DNA from: Planctomycetota bacterium
GTDB taxonomy: Bacteria; Planctomycetota; UBA1135; UBA2386
Length of the DNA: 64,000 nt
Assembly: GCA_947501605.1 (NCBI GenBank)
Contig: CANMWZ010000007.1
Span: 1 to 64,000 of the forward strand
Reading direction: 5' to 3'
Shown here: positions 19,975 through 30,800 of the stretch, in pieces
Layout of the letters: each line of letters begins with the position of its first letter
Position numbering within the stretch: position 1 is the stretch's first letter
Translations under genes and position numbers: made by a program
Notes under the pieces: generated by a model
Told to the model about the DNA's origin: nothing
Database searches by the model: none
Seen by the model: the letters and a program-made list of their open reading frames with translations, nothing else

Positions 19975-21558
19975 ATGGTGAGTGAGCAGACCCGATTCCT
20001 CGTGGTCGACCAAGTCGTCGCCGTCGGCGACGCGACGGGCTTCACCGTGCCCGGCCTCCCTCGTCCTGCGCGTGCGCGCGGGGTCGCAGCTGCAACGGTG
20101 GCACTTTCCACCGGGGACGTGCGTGTGATGGTCCTCGATGAGCGATTGCCCGATACGGAGCTTCGGGCGCTTGCCAGTCTGGGGCAGCGGCGCGGCGTGG
20201 TCGCTGTGCTCGGTGTCACGGAAACAACGGTGTCGTCGTGCCAGCGCGCCCTTGCCGCAGGGTGCCGGGCGGTGCTGCAACGCCACGATGGCGTCGATAG
20301 TGTCGATGCCATTTTGACGCTCGCCGACGAGTGTCATCGCCAGTTCGTCGTCGATCGGCAGGATTTCACCACCCTGAACAGCCGATACGAGACCCTGCGC
20401 CAACGTACTGCACAGCAGGCGGAGCGCTTTCAGGAGATCCAGGAGACCTTCTTCCTCGATCTGTCACGCGTCATGACCATCATCAGCAACATCATGGACG
20501 GCATCGTGTTCGTGGACCGCGACGGCAACGTCACGCTCCTCAACCCGGCTGCTGAGGACCTGTTGGGGGTGAAGGCGTTCGCAGCTGTGGGCAAGCCGAT
20601 GCAGGACATGCTCGGTCGCGGCGAGCTCCTCCCTGTGCTGATCGCCGATCATCAGAAGATGGTCGAGCTACGCGAGACAGTGCAGACGGTCGAGGTGCAT
20701 CACAGTGAGCAAGACCTGCTCTACATCAAGTGCATCACCAGCCGCGTGTTCGACTATCGCGGTCAGCCAGCCGGCTCGCTGTCGGTGTTGAAGGACGTCA
20801 CGGCCGAGTTCAAGACCGACCAGCTGAAGAACCAGTACCTGTCGATCGTCGCGCACGAGTTGCGCACGCCGCTGACCGGCATCAAGACGTTCTCGACGAT
20901 GATGGTGAAGGGCAGCCTCGGACCGCTCACCGATCGCCAACACCGAGTCGTCGAGTCCATCCGTGAGCAGAGCGATCGTCTCGAACACCAGATCGACAAG
21001 CTGATCAACCTGGGGCATCTGGAGTCCGACGGCTATGGCCAGGACCGTGAGGCATTCAGTGTTGGCGACCTGTGCGCTGGCCTCTTGTCGCCGTTCGAAC
21101 AGCCTGCTCGCGATCGCCGCATCACGTTGTCGCTGGAATGCGACGTGGACGAGCACCAGGCCGTTCACGCGGACCGAGCGGATCTTCGAAGGGCCTGTCA
21201 GGCGCTGATCGAGAATGCCGTCAAGTTCACTCCGGACGGCGGCCTAGTGGCCGTTCACGTCAACCGTGACGACAAGGGGCGCGCCCGATTCTCGGTACGC
21301 GACTCCGGCATCGGCATCGATCCACGCTACCACCGGCGCATCTTCGAGAAGTTCTTTCAGGTGGAGGATCCGCTGACGCGTCATCACGGCGGCGCGGGCC
21401 TCGGGCTGTTTGTGGCCAAGGGCATCATCGAGGCTCACGGCAGCCGCATCGAAGTGTCCAGCAAGCTCGGCTCCGGCGCCGAGTTCGCATTCGTCTTGCC
21501 AGAACATGCGACCGCCGTCTCGCTGGCGATCGCATCGAACGATCCACTCAAGGGCTGA
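19975..21558 (+). CDS. Cytoplasmic PAS-domain sensor histidine kinase with a degenerate N-terminal receiver-like region
   Basis: PAS (DGIVFVDRDG..LNPAAE), H box HELRTPL, N box ENAVKFT, DSGIGI, IFEKF and GAGLGL. Start uncertain (19957-19978). Confidence 0.9.
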   Translation: MVSEQTRFLVVDQVVAVGDATGFTVPGLPRPARARGVAAATVALSTGDVRVMVLDERLPDTELRALASLGQRRGVVAVLGVTETTVSSCQRALAAGCRAVLQRHDGVDSVDAILTLADECHRQFVVDRQDFTTLNSRYETLRQRTAQQAERFQEIQETFFLDLSRVMTIISNIMDGIVFVDRDGNVTLLNPAAEDLLGVKAFAAVGKPMQDMLGRGELLPVLIADHQKMVELRETVQTVEVHHSEQDLLYIKCITSRVFDYRGQPAGSLSVLKDVTAEFKTDQLKNQYLSIVAHELRTPLTGIKTFSTMMVKGSLGPLTDRQHRVVESIREQSDRLEHQIDKLINLGHLESDGYGQDREAFSVGDLCAGLLSPFEQPARDRRITLSLECDVDEHQAVHADRADLRRACQALIENAVKFTPDGGLVAVHVNRDDKGRARFSVRDSGIGIDPRYHRRIFEKFFQVEDPLTRHHGGAGLGLFVAKGIIEAHGSRIEVSSKLGSGAEFAFVLPEHATAVSLAIASNDPLKG

Positions 21559-21561
21559 ATC

Positions 21562-21936
21562 ATGGAACGCACTGTTCTCATCATCGAAGACGAGAAGTTG
21601 ATCATCGTCTCTACCCAGATGGTCCTCGAGGCCGCGGGCTTCCGCGTCGAGTCGGCCACCAACGGCGAAGATGGCATCGCCAAGGCGAGGTCGTTGACTC
21701 CCGATCTCATCCTACTCGACATCATGATGCCGGGCATCGATGGATGGGAGACGCTGACACGCTTGAAGCGTGACCAGGCGACGGCCAACGTCCCCGTGAT
21801 CATCTTCACTGCACGCGAGCACGCTCGTGGGCACCAGAAGAGTGCGGAGATGGGCGCAGCGGATTACTTCCGCAAGCCCTTCGAGCCTGACGAGCTCATC
21901 GAGCTGGTCGAGAAGCACGCGGCGCAGAAGGCCTGA
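21562..21936 (+). CDS. Single-domain response regulator (CheY-like)
   Basis: LIIEDE, DLILLDIMMPGIDG, IIFTA and RKPF motifs. Confidence 0.93.
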   Translation: MERTVLIIEDEKLIIVSTQMVLEAAGFRVESATNGEDGIAKARSLTPDLILLDIMMPGIDGWETLTRLKRDQATANVPVIIFTAREHARGHQKSAEMGAADYFRKPFEPDELIELVEKHAAQKA

Positions 21937-21952
21937 ACGGAAAGGCGCTGCC

Positions 21953-22891
21953 GTGAATCGCGAAGAGTCTGATGCTCCGTACCGGAGACTGGTCACTTCG
22001 CTATGGGTGCTCGTGCGCACTGCGTCGATGCGCAGTGGCAATGACGAACTCGTAGGCGCCGCCGAGTCCTGCTGGCAGCGGTTCAGCGCGGCATTGCTCG
22101 GCGAGTCGCACTTCGTGCTCCAGGAGCGCAACGGCGCACTGTACGCGAACGGGATGAGGATCCGTCCCGACGTGGCGAGCTTCGCTGCGACGGCTGGGAT
22201 AATCGCGCTGCTGCAAGACAACACGATCAGTGATCTCTTGCTGATGGCCTCGATCCAGCCGCAGGATCTGATGACCTTGGCTCGGTGTTGGGCTGGGGCA
22301 AGCCGCGAGAGTGACCTCGATCTCGAGTTGCGTCACCAGGGATGCGCCGGCATCCACATCGCGCACAGCTCGGTCGAAGCCAATGCCCAGATTGACGACA
22401 CGGGATCGACTCGCGTTGCGGTGCCGCCATCGCAACTCGGCGCGGTATTCACGATGCAGCGGTTTGCGCTCGCCCTTGGGCGGCGTGGTCCGTTGTCCGG
22501 AGTCCGCGCCCGCGCGGTCTTGCAGAACGTGCTGCACCGAATGCTGCGCCAAGAAAGCGGGCTACAGCCACTCGAGCGGATTCATGCAAGTGGTGCGGCG
22601 CAGGCAGAGGCCGTGCGCGCCTGTGTGCTCGCGGTCCGCACTGCCGAGGAGCTGGGCTGGAACGACGAACGCAGCCTCGATGCTGGCATGGCGGCGCTAC
22701 TCGGTGCAACCGGCAGAGGCTCGCTCGACGTCGAGGTCGCAGAGCTGGCCCGTGCTTCCGTGGGAGTCGCGGCCTTGATCGTCGCCAGCGATGCGCCGAT
22801 CTCGGCGCTGGAGCAACTGCATCAGTACGGTCAGCTACCGCTGCAGGTCGGCGAAGCGATGGAGTTGGTGCTGGGCTCAGCGCGCAGCTGA
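21953..22891 (+). CDS. Hypothetical protein resembling the N-terminal part of HD-GYP proteins, catalytic motifs absent
   Basis: GTG start after the receiver gene. LQERNGALYANGMRIRP and late AVRACVLAV..AEELGW..LDAGMAALL resemble an HD-domain entry, but there is no HD or GYP motif. Confidence 0.55.
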   Translation: MNREESDAPYRRLVTSLWVLVRTASMRSGNDELVGAAESCWQRFSAALLGESHFVLQERNGALYANGMRIRPDVASFAATAGIIALLQDNTISDLLLMASIQPQDLMTLARCWAGASRESDLDLELRHQGCAGIHIAHSSVEANAQIDDTGSTRVAVPPSQLGAVFTMQRFALALGRRGPLSGVRARAVLQNVLHRMLRQESGLQPLERIHASGAAQAEAVRACVLAVRTAEELGWNDERSLDAGMAALLGATGRGSLDVEVAELARASVGVAALIVASDAPISALEQLHQYGQLPLQVGEAMELVLGSARS

Positions 22892-23551
22892 GCGTCTCTC
22901 GCCCTCGATCCGCTGCATCGCCGAGTCGATGCGCGCGTCATCGAATCGGGCGCACCGCAGCACTTCGCGAATTGCATCGGGCGTGGCGCCGAACTGGATC
23001 GCACCGCGCGCGTGCGCCACCAGCTGCGGTATCTGGTCGAGCACGGCCAGAGCGCCGGTGGCGAGCAGTTCGCGCGTGAGCAGATCGAGGCCCTTGCGGC
23101 AGAGGATGCGACCGTACGCGGCCTCCAACACGAAGTCGTGAAAGTCCTGATGGAACGACGCCAGCTTGTTGCGCACGGCTTCGTCGTTCTTGCCATAGAT
23201 CGCGGCAAACAGCGCGCGCCCTTGTCGAAAGTGATCTTCCACAGGCACGCTGAGGCCGGTCGACGGTTCGGTCCGTGGCCATGCTTCTTGGAACTGCTCG
23301 AAGGCGGTCACGACTCTCGGGAAGCCGAAGAACAGCGTCGCCTGCATCAAGGCTTCGTCGAACTCCGCGCGGACGAGCGCACGCTCGCGCGCCGCGCGGA
23401 TCGAGGCGCGGAACAGCTCCCAGTCGGCTGGTTGGATGGCGACCACGCAGAACAGCAGCAAGCGCGTTCGGGCGTCGAGATTGGCCCGGTCAAGATCGAT
23501 CTGCACGTGCATGCCCGCAGTCATACCGGCGTCGTGCTGTTCGCGCCGCAT
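22877..23551 (-). CDS. Carboxymuconolactone decarboxylase/AhpD-like family protein
   Basis: EALMQATLFFGFPR, AAYGRILCRKGLDLLTRELL and QLVAHARGAIQFGAT motifs. Start may be 23524 or 23512. Confidence 0.8.
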   Translation of the reverse strand: MRREQHDAGMTAGMHVQIDLDRANLDARTRLLLFCVVAIQPADWELFRASIRAARERALVRAEFDEALMQATLFFGFPRVVTAFEQFQEAWPRTEPSTGLSVPVEDHFRQGRALFAAIYGKNDEAVRNKLASFHQDFHDFVLEAAYGRILCRKGLDLLTRELLATGALAVLDQIPQLVAHARGAIQFGATPDAIREVLRCARFDDARIDSAMQRIEGERRSAAR

Positions 23552-23567
23552 GCGGACCGTCCAAGGG

Positions 23568-24413
23568 TCAGAGCATCCGCGCTTCGCGAATCTGCGCCAT
23601 GATCTTGGTCATGACCTCGGGTGCCAGCTGCAGGGCTTGCAACGAGTCGTCGTCCAAGACGTCGCCGCGGTAGCCGCCAGGTGTCTCCGCGGCGGCTCTA
23701 TGGGCCAGAGTGTTGGCGGACTTGACGATGAACGAGCGCGCCCAGTCTGCGGGTTCGACAGCGGGGCTGTGGTGGTAGGTCACGGCTGCCTGGACCGAGT
23801 CGGCGAGCTTCCAGCGTCGAGCCAGCATGCCACCGACGTGAGCGTGGTTGAAACCAAACACCTCGCCTTCGGCAATCGCCAAGGGAACCTCGTGCTTGCG
23901 CGAGAACTTGAGGGCCTCGCCGAATTTGCGGTTCTGCGCGTCGATCAGGATCATCTTGCCGATGTCGTGGATCAGCCCACAGGTGTAGGCATCGTCCTTC
24001 GTCATGGACTTCGCCGCGGGCGAATGCTCGACGATCAGTTTGCAGGCAACTGCCGCTTTGAAGCTGTGGTCCCAGAGCCACTTCACATCGAGCCCTTCGC
24101 ATTCGTTCTGGTCGCCAAAGGTGCTCATCACCGACGCCTGCACGACGAGGTTCTTGATGACCTTGAGTCCGAGGATGGAGCAGGCGAGGTTGATCCCGGA
24201 TACGGGGTTTCGCAAGCCGTAGAAGGGACTGTTCACCAGGCGCAGGATGCGTGTTGCGATGGCCGGGTCCTTCTCGATGACCGTCGCGGCATCACGTGCC
24301 GAGCCATCCGGCGAGTCGAAGATCTTCGTGATCTCAGTGAGGATCGTCGGGATCGTCGGGATGTTGACGGTGCCGTCGATGAGATCTTCGAGCTCAGCGG
24401 TGGTGGTGATCAT
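23568..24413 (-). CDS. HDOD-domain protein
   Basis: IPTIP, DPAIATRILRLVNSPFYG, LWDHS, GLIHDIGK and HAHVGGMLARRWKL motifs. Confidence 0.9.
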   Translation of the reverse strand: MITTTAELEDLIDGTVNIPTIPTILTEITKIFDSPDGSARDAATVIEKDPAIATRILRLVNSPFYGLRNPVSGINLACSILGLKVIKNLVVQASVMSTFGDQNECEGLDVKWLWDHSFKAAVACKLIVEHSPAAKSMTKDDAYTCGLIHDIGKMILIDAQNRKFGEALKFSRKHEVPLAIAEGEVFGFNHAHVGGMLARRWKLADSVQAAVTYHHSPAVEPADWARSFIVKSANTLAHRAAAETPGGYRGDVLDDDSLQALQLAPEVMTKIMAQIREARML

Positions 24414-24541
24414 GGACGTCTCATGGCTCTTTTCGTCGAGCCGTGAACTCGACTTGACCCGACCTCGCAGCTTCGGTCGGCGTGAGATCTTGTGCTCCTG
24501 CACGGTCGGCTAGTGACGGTGCGAAGCTCGAAGGCCGGGCT

Positions 24542-25276
24542 TCACCTCGTGGCAGTGAAGGCCTGGTCCTCATATCGGGTCCGCCTGAGCGTCTCCGCCA
24601 CTTCAGCCTCGGTGGACCTGAGTGTGCTCGGTTCGAGGTTCATGGACAGCGCGGCCGCGAGTTCTGCCGCCAGTCGTCGTCGCAGTTCTGGGAGCGATGG
24701 GATCGGCGCCATGTCGACGATGGCTGCGACGAAGGGCGTCAGCGACGGGCGCTCGATCACCAGCGAGCCGTGGTGCAGTACGCGCGGGCCGCGACTCGTG
24801 CGAAGTCGACGTTGTGCCGAGCCACACAGCTTGCGGCCGTTGCGGTCCACGATGTCGTGGCGGCCGGGGACCGCAAAGCACCAACGGTCCTTGGGGCGGG
24901 CGCCGGGCGGCGGGCCGTGTTCGAGACGCGTGCACAGCACCCCGATCGAGGCGACGGCGCGGACGATGGCGTCATGTAGCAAACCGTAGCTGGCATCGAC
25001 GCTTGCCGGCAGCAAGTCGGCGTCGAGGGCCAGCGCAAACGTGACTTCCTCGCCATGGTGGATCGCGCCGCCGCCGGTCAGGCGGCGCACGATCGACGTG
25101 CCAGGTGGAACGTCGTCGAAATCCTGCAGCCGTTGGAAGTAGCCGAGCGAAACGGCGTGCGGCGCCCAGTTGTAGAGCCGTAGTGCGGCGGGCGAATCCC
25201 CGAGCAGCAGGGCTTCGTCGCGCGCCATGTTCGCAGCCGCCTGAGCTGCCGCCTCGTCGATGTACCGGAGCTGCAC
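24542..25276 (-). CDS. Lipoate-protein ligase / octanoyltransferase (LipM/LplA family)
   Basis: NMARDEALL, VSLGYFQ, RRLTGGGAIHH and GRKLCGSAQRR motifs. Adjacent to gcvH. Confidence 0.88.
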   Translation of the reverse strand: MQLRYIDEAAAQAAANMARDEALLLGDSPAALRLYNWAPHAVSLGYFQRLQDFDDVPPGTSIVRRLTGGGAIHHGEEVTFALALDADLLPASVDASYGLLHDAIVRAVASIGVLCTRLEHGPPPGARPKDRWCFAVPGRHDIVDRNGRKLCGSAQRRLRTSRGPRVLHHGSLVIERPSLTPFVAAIVDMAPIPSLPELRRRLAAELAAALSMNLEPSTLRSTEAEVAETLRRTRYEDQAFTATR

Positions 25277-25298
25277 GCTGGCGTCGCGGCGACTCGCG

Positions 25299-25676
25299 TC
25301 AGCCTTCCGCGGCGCAGTGGGCGTCGTAGGCGGTGCCGCTCATCAGGTCGGCCGACTTGCCGGATACGCGCACCTTCAACATCCACGCTTTGCCAAACGG
25401 GTCCTCCGACAGCCACTCGAGGTTGTCGGGCAGGTCCTTGTTGACCTCGAGCACATCACCGCTGACCGGCGAGTAGATGTCGCTCACGGCCTTGACGGAC
25501 TCGATCTCGCCGAACGACTCGCCGGCGGTCACGTTGGTGCCCTTGTTGGGCAAGTCGAGGAAGACGAGATCGGACAGGTGCGAGACTGCGTAATCGGAGA
25601 TTCCGATCGTCGCGACATCGCCGTCGATCTTGCACCACTCGTGGCTCTTCAGGTAACTGCGGTCGTTGGGTCGCAT
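25299..25676 (-). CDS. gcvH: Glycine cleavage system H protein
   Basis: SHEW, GISDYA and lipoyl-Lys motif ESVKAVSDIYSPVSG. Confidence 0.96.
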   Translation of the reverse strand: MRPNDRSYLKSHEWCKIDGDVATIGISDYAVSHLSDLVFLDLPNKGTNVTAGESFGEIESVKAVSDIYSPVSGDVLEVNKDLPDNLEWLSEDPFGKAWMLKVRVSGKSADLMSGTAYDAHCAAEG

Positions 25677-25684
25677 GAGAGGAT

Positions 25685-26791
25685 TCAGCGGGAGCGCTTG
25701 TAGAAGGGCAGACTGGTCACCGTGCAGGGCTCGTGCTTGTCCTTCACCAGGAACGTCAGCTGCGTGCCAGGAGCGGCGAATTCATTGCGAACGTAGGCAG
25801 TTGCGATGTTGGTTTCCAACGTCGGCGAGATGTTGCCAGAGCAGACCTGGCCGATCCTCTTGCCGTCGGCGTGGATCTCGTAGCCTTGGCGGGGGCAGCG
25901 CTTGCTCACGGTGGTGATGCCGACGAGTTTGCGGCCCGTGCCACCATTCTGCTGCAGTACTTCGAGAGCCTGGCGGCCGACGAAGTCGTGGGTGAACTTG
26001 ACGGCCCAGTCGAGACCGGCTTCGAGGGGGTTGGTGGTCTCGTCGATCTCGTGGCCGTAGAGCGGCATCCCGGCCTCATGTCGCAGCGTGTCGCGGGCAC
26101 CGAGGCCGATCGGTTCGAGGCCGTCTTGTCGCCCTGAGGCGAAGAAGGCGTCCCAGACTTTCGTCGTGAGGTGCTGTGGCGTGTAGATCTCGAAGCCGTC
26201 CTCACCGGTGTAGCCCGTGCGCGAGATCTCCATGGTGGCGCCACAAATCGTGCCGCGCGTCCAGGCGTAGTACTTGAGTGACGCCAAATCGGCGTCGGTC
26301 AGGCGCTGGGTGATCTGCTGTGAGAGAGGGCCTTGGATCGCGATCATGCCGAGCGCTTCGGTCTGGTCCTCGACGCGCACGTCAAAGCCCTTCGCGACGC
26401 GGTGCATGATCTCCAGATCGCGGGCGGCGTTCCCGGCGTTGATGACGACGAAGAACTCCTTGCCCTTCGACGCCCAATCCGCTGGCTCGCGGTACACCAG
26501 GATGTCGTCCTGCGTGATGCCCTGTTCATTCAGGATCATCGCGTAGCGGATGCGTCCGGGCAGAATCTGCGAGGCGTCGTTCGTCTGCAACTTCTGCAAG
26601 AAGGCCTCGGCTTCTGGCCCGCGCACGCGGACGCGGCCCATGTGGCCGAGATCGAAGAGCCCGGCCTTTCCACGCACGACCCGAGCTTCGTCAAGGATGC
26701 CGCGGTACTGCACCGGCATGTTCCAGCCGGAAAACGGCACGATGCGAGCGCCGAGGCTCGCGTGAACGGATTTGAGGGCGGTGTCGCGCAT
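25685..26791 (-). CDS. gcvT: Glycine cleavage system aminomethyltransferase T
   Basis: FSGWNMPVQY, GLFDLGHMG, SRTGYTGEDGFE and GLGARDTLRHEAGMPLYG motifs. Confidence 0.96.
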   Translation of the reverse strand: MRDTALKSVHASLGARIVPFSGWNMPVQYRGILDEARVVRGKAGLFDLGHMGRVRVRGPEAEAFLQKLQTNDASQILPGRIRYAMILNEQGITQDDILVYREPADWASKGKEFFVVINAGNAARDLEIMHRVAKGFDVRVEDQTEALGMIAIQGPLSQQITQRLTDADLASLKYYAWTRGTICGATMEISRTGYTGEDGFEIYTPQHLTTKVWDAFFASGRQDGLEPIGLGARDTLRHEAGMPLYGHEIDETTNPLEAGLDWAVKFTHDFVGRQALEVLQQNGGTGRKLVGITTVSKRCPRQGYEIHADGKRIGQVCSGNISPTLETNIATAYVRNEFAAPGTQLTFLVKDKHEPCTVTSLPFYKRSR

Positions 26792-26882
26792 GGCGGTTCT
26801 GCGAAGCGACGCACTCTACGGACGAGCTGCTGCGAAGGCACGCGTGCGGTTCGGCTCTATCCCGCATCCCGCCGGCTCCGCT

Positions 26883-27521
26883 TCAGCCGCCAAGCCGGCG
26901 AGCGAGCTCATCGTAGTCCGCAGTCCGCACGTCATCCTGTCGAAGCGGCGGCAGCGAGCGGAAACGGTCGCGCTCGTTGATCGAGAGGAAGTCATCCCGT
27001 CGATGGCGACGCGGGGCGTCGGCCGCGCGCCCCGTGTGGCCGCCGTCCGAGTAGACGCCTGGCTCTTGCTGCCCCAACTCCGTTTGCGGCAGTTCGAACA
27101 GCGGACCGAACTGCTGCAAGTCCTCGAGGTTCTCGGTTGGGACCTCCGCACTGCGGACGGTGGAGCGGCGGGCGATTCCGTGGTTGCCAGGTCGAACCGA
27201 GCGCCACGTGGCCCGCTCTCCAGTTTCCTCGAAGGGCGACCCAACAAAGCGAGCCTCGACGCCTTCGGCAGCCGGCCGCAGCTTGGAGAAGCGCTCGGGA
27301 TCGACGGCGCGCGCATTGCTCATCTCGCGGCGATAGCCGGAGAAATCGCCCTCGCCCAACGCAATCCGACCAAGATGGACGTACGCGGTGAACTCGTCCC
27401 CACCGAGTCGCAGCACTCGTTCGAATGCGCGGCGCGCGGTCGCGTGCCGGCCGAGCCGGAACGCGATCCGTCCGCCAAGGCTGGCAGTGGCTGCAGTAAG
27501 CCGCTTCAGCAATCGCGCCAT
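26883..27521 (-). CDS. Hypothetical protein with an N-terminal TPR-like pair
   Basis: ARRAFERVLRL..AYVHLGRIALGEG TPR-like segment. GGAG before ATG 27521. Divergent from the DUF4388 gene. Confidence 0.65.
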   Translation of the reverse strand: MARLLKRLTAATASLGGRIAFRLGRHATARRAFERVLRLGGDEFTAYVHLGRIALGEGDFSGYRREMSNARAVDPERFSKLRPAAEGVEARFVGSPFEETGERATWRSVRPGNHGIARRSTVRSAEVPTENLEDLQQFGPLFELPQTELGQQEPGVYSDGGHTGRAADAPRRHRRDDFLSINERDRFRSLPPLRQDDVRTADYDELARRLGG

Positions 27522-27723
27522 CACTCCGAACATCGCGGGAGGACCTTAGAGCCCGAAGGCAGCGGTGGCAAGGACCCCACGAAAGCCGGGTGGGGACCGA
27601 GAATCCGGCCGATGGCATGGTGCGATGAGGGCACCGGATCGGTGTTCGGCATGCGCCGCGGCGGTTTGCCGACTGGCGTGATCTGTAGCCCGCGGGGCGA
27701 TGCCACCGTCCGCCGCGGCTTGC

Positions 27724-27752
27724 CTCAACGCCTGTGCACCGCACAGCCGATA
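27724..27752 (+). promoter_or_regulatory. Putative sigma28-like promoter CTCAA-N17-GCCGATA
   Basis: Lies 50 nt upstream of ATG 27802. Same motif and spacing at 32662-32689. Confidence 0.5.
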
Positions 27753-27801
27753 CCCCACAGATCCGCCGGAGCACGTACCGCTCCGCTGGGCACACCGTCA
27801 C

Positions 27802-30800
27802 ATGGCACTCCGAGGGGATCTAGCAAGCGTCGACCTGGCTCAGGTCTTCCAAATGCTTGCGCTCAACAAGAAGACGGGGCTGCTGAGCATTCAGTCGCCT
27901 CGGCTCTGGGAGATCCTCTACTTCCACCCGCGCGGCGTCACCCTCTACTACAACCCGCATACGTTGCTGGATCGCTCCCTCCAGACCTTCGTACGCGTGG
28001 GTCGGGTGCAGCAACGGGCGATCGACGAAGTTCGTGACCACGCCGGCCGCAATCAGTTGGAGCTCTGGGACTCGCTCCTTGCGGGTGGCTACCTGACCGA
28101 GGAAGAGCTGGTCGCTCAGGTCCGCTACGAGGTCGAAGAGGAGATCTACGACCTGTTCTTCTGCCGCGACGGGCGCTTCGAGTTCCTCGAGGGCAAGTCC
28201 GAGCTATCCGAGCGCCCCGGCGTCGTGGATCAGCGGTTCTTCTTCAATACCGAGAGTGTGATCATGGAGGCTGCCCGTCGCATCGACGAGTGGTCCTACA
28301 TCGCCGAACGCATCCCCGGTGGGCTCGAGGTTTACCGCAAGGTCGGCCGCAGCAAGGCGCCCGACAAGGTCGGCGAAGAAGGGGCCATCGTCTTCGACTG
28401 CGTCGATGGTCGCCGGACGGTTGCTCGAATCGTCGAGGTGTCTGGCCTCTCGAACTTCGTCGCGTTCAAGATGCTCAGCCAACTGCTCGACGCCGGGCTG
28501 GTCGAGCCGTTGGATCCAGACCATCTGGTGAAGCACGGTCAGGCATGCCTTCGCGAGAACCGGCCCGAGGACGCAGTCAGCCTGTTCGAGAAGGCGATCG
28601 AGTTGGAGGTTGGCCTGCCCGAGGCGCATTCTCTGGCGGCGCAGGCCTATGAGCAGGTTGGGCACTTCGAACTGGCCGTCTACCATTTGAAGTGCGAGGC
28701 CGAGTACCGCATCGCCGCGGGCGATCGCCGCACGGGCGCCCAGCGATTGCATGCTGCGACCCAAAAGCTGCCGACCGATCTCGGGGCGCGTGAGCGGCTG
28801 GTGGAGGTTCTGCTCGCACACCACGATGCGCGATTGCCTGACTTCGACGCGGTGGCAGAAGGGAAGACGCTGGTCGATCTCTGGATGGCTGCTGGTGACC
28901 TGCAGCGCGTGCGCGGGCTGCTGGAGCGCTTGCTGACGGTGCGGCCGGACGACATCGAGCTGAAACGACAACTCGTCAACGTCCACACCAAGGCCGGGGA
29001 TCAGGCCCGCGTGGTCGAGCTCTATGAGTCCATTGCCAAGACCCTGGTCGCGGATGGCCGACCGATCGAGGCTATCGCCAACCTGCAGAAGATCCTGATG
29101 CTGGACCGGTCGCGGCGCGATGTCGCTGACCAAGTGCGCGTGCTCTATGCGCAGGACGAGCGTTCTCGCCGCCGTCGTCGTTCGTTGGCGACTTTGGGCG
29201 CCTTCTGCCTCTTGATCGTCGCACTTGCCATCGCGTTCAACGTCTACGACCAGACCGCCATCGTCGAGTTGGACCAGATCGATGTTGCGGCGATGGTCGC
29301 TAGCGATGACTACGACCAAGCTGCGGCCGCCTACGAGGAGTTCCTCGTCAAGTACCCATTGACCACGGCGTCAACCAAGGCGCGGGCTGAGTTGCTGCGG
29401 ATCGACGGTCTACGACAGAAGCGCGAGGCCGAACTCGATGCCCAGAGGGCTGCGACCGACGTCGAGCGGCAGCACCTGCGCAGCGACTACCGGAGCCAAT
29501 GGCGACGTCACCGCGAGCTGTTCCAGTCCGGGCGTCCCGAGGAGGCGCTCGCAGTGGTAGAGAACGTCCGCAAACTGGTCTCGCGCGCTGGTTCGCAGGA
29601 CGACATGGCGTGGGCGCTCGAGGAGCAGGTGGACAAGACCCTGGCGATGTTGCGCGACTTTGTCAAGAAGTCCGGAGACCTCGAGGTCCGCCGCGCCGAA
29701 GCGCTCGCTGCGGGCAAGATCCAGGACGCGTGGGCGATGTCCGTCGAGCTGCAGAAAGGCTATGAGATCACGGCGGCTGCCCGTCGAACGCGCATTCCCG
29801 TGCAGCTCGATTCGCGCCCGCAAGGGGCCCGAGTGCTTCGCGATGGTGTGCCGTTGATGGCGACGGTTGGCGGCAAGAGTGTTCCGGTCACGACTCCGAC
29901 GATCCTGCAGTGCGGGATGGCCACGGAGAACTACTCGCTCGAACGCGACGGCTTCATTGCGGCAACGTTGACGGTGCTGGCGACCAAGCAGGCGCGCCTC
30001 GAGATTCCGCTCGCGGTCATTCCGGCTCATCGGGTTCACTTCGACCACGCGGTGCAGACCGAGATCGGAACTTCGGGGGACTGGGTCGTCGCCGGCCTCC
30101 GCAACGGTCGTCTCGGCATCGCCTCAGCGCGGAACGGCAAGGTCCTGCGCGTCGTCGAACTCGGTGGGCTTCGCGACGTCGAAGGCGCCCCAGTCGTCAG
30201 CGGCGACCGGGCTTGGTACCTGACCAACGAAGGCACGCTCGAGTCCGTTCGCCTCGACACCGGGGCGATGGCGCCAGGGTGGCCGATTCAGTTGCCGACC
30301 CCCTCGATCAGTGGCCTCAGCTTGCGCGACGGTCGGCTGCTCTACATCGATCGCGAGAACGTGGTGCACTGCATCGATCAGGCGAGCGGCCGCACCTATT
30401 GGAGTCGCTCTCTCGATGGTGCCCCCGTCGGCCCCCCGGTTCTCGAGCGTCGCGTTGCCCGCGTCGCACTGGCCGACGGCCGCATCGTCGGCATCGACGC
30501 AATCGACGGTCGCGTTACCGGCACGCTGAAGGCTCCATCCGGTCTGTCGACGCGCCCACTGGCGTCCGAGGACCAGCTATGGTTCGGCTGCACCGACAAT
30601 CGCATTCGCTCGATGGACGAACGAACTGGCCGCGTCCTTTGGAATGTCGATGTCGGTCGCACGCCAGCGGACGGCGAGGTCGTGGTGGCGAGGACCGCCG
30701 TCGCCGTGCTCGCTGCAGGCGATAACCTGCGGCTGCTCGATCGCACGACCGGCAAGCAACTCGCCGAGACCAAGCTGTCAGGGACGCTGGTGTCGATGCG

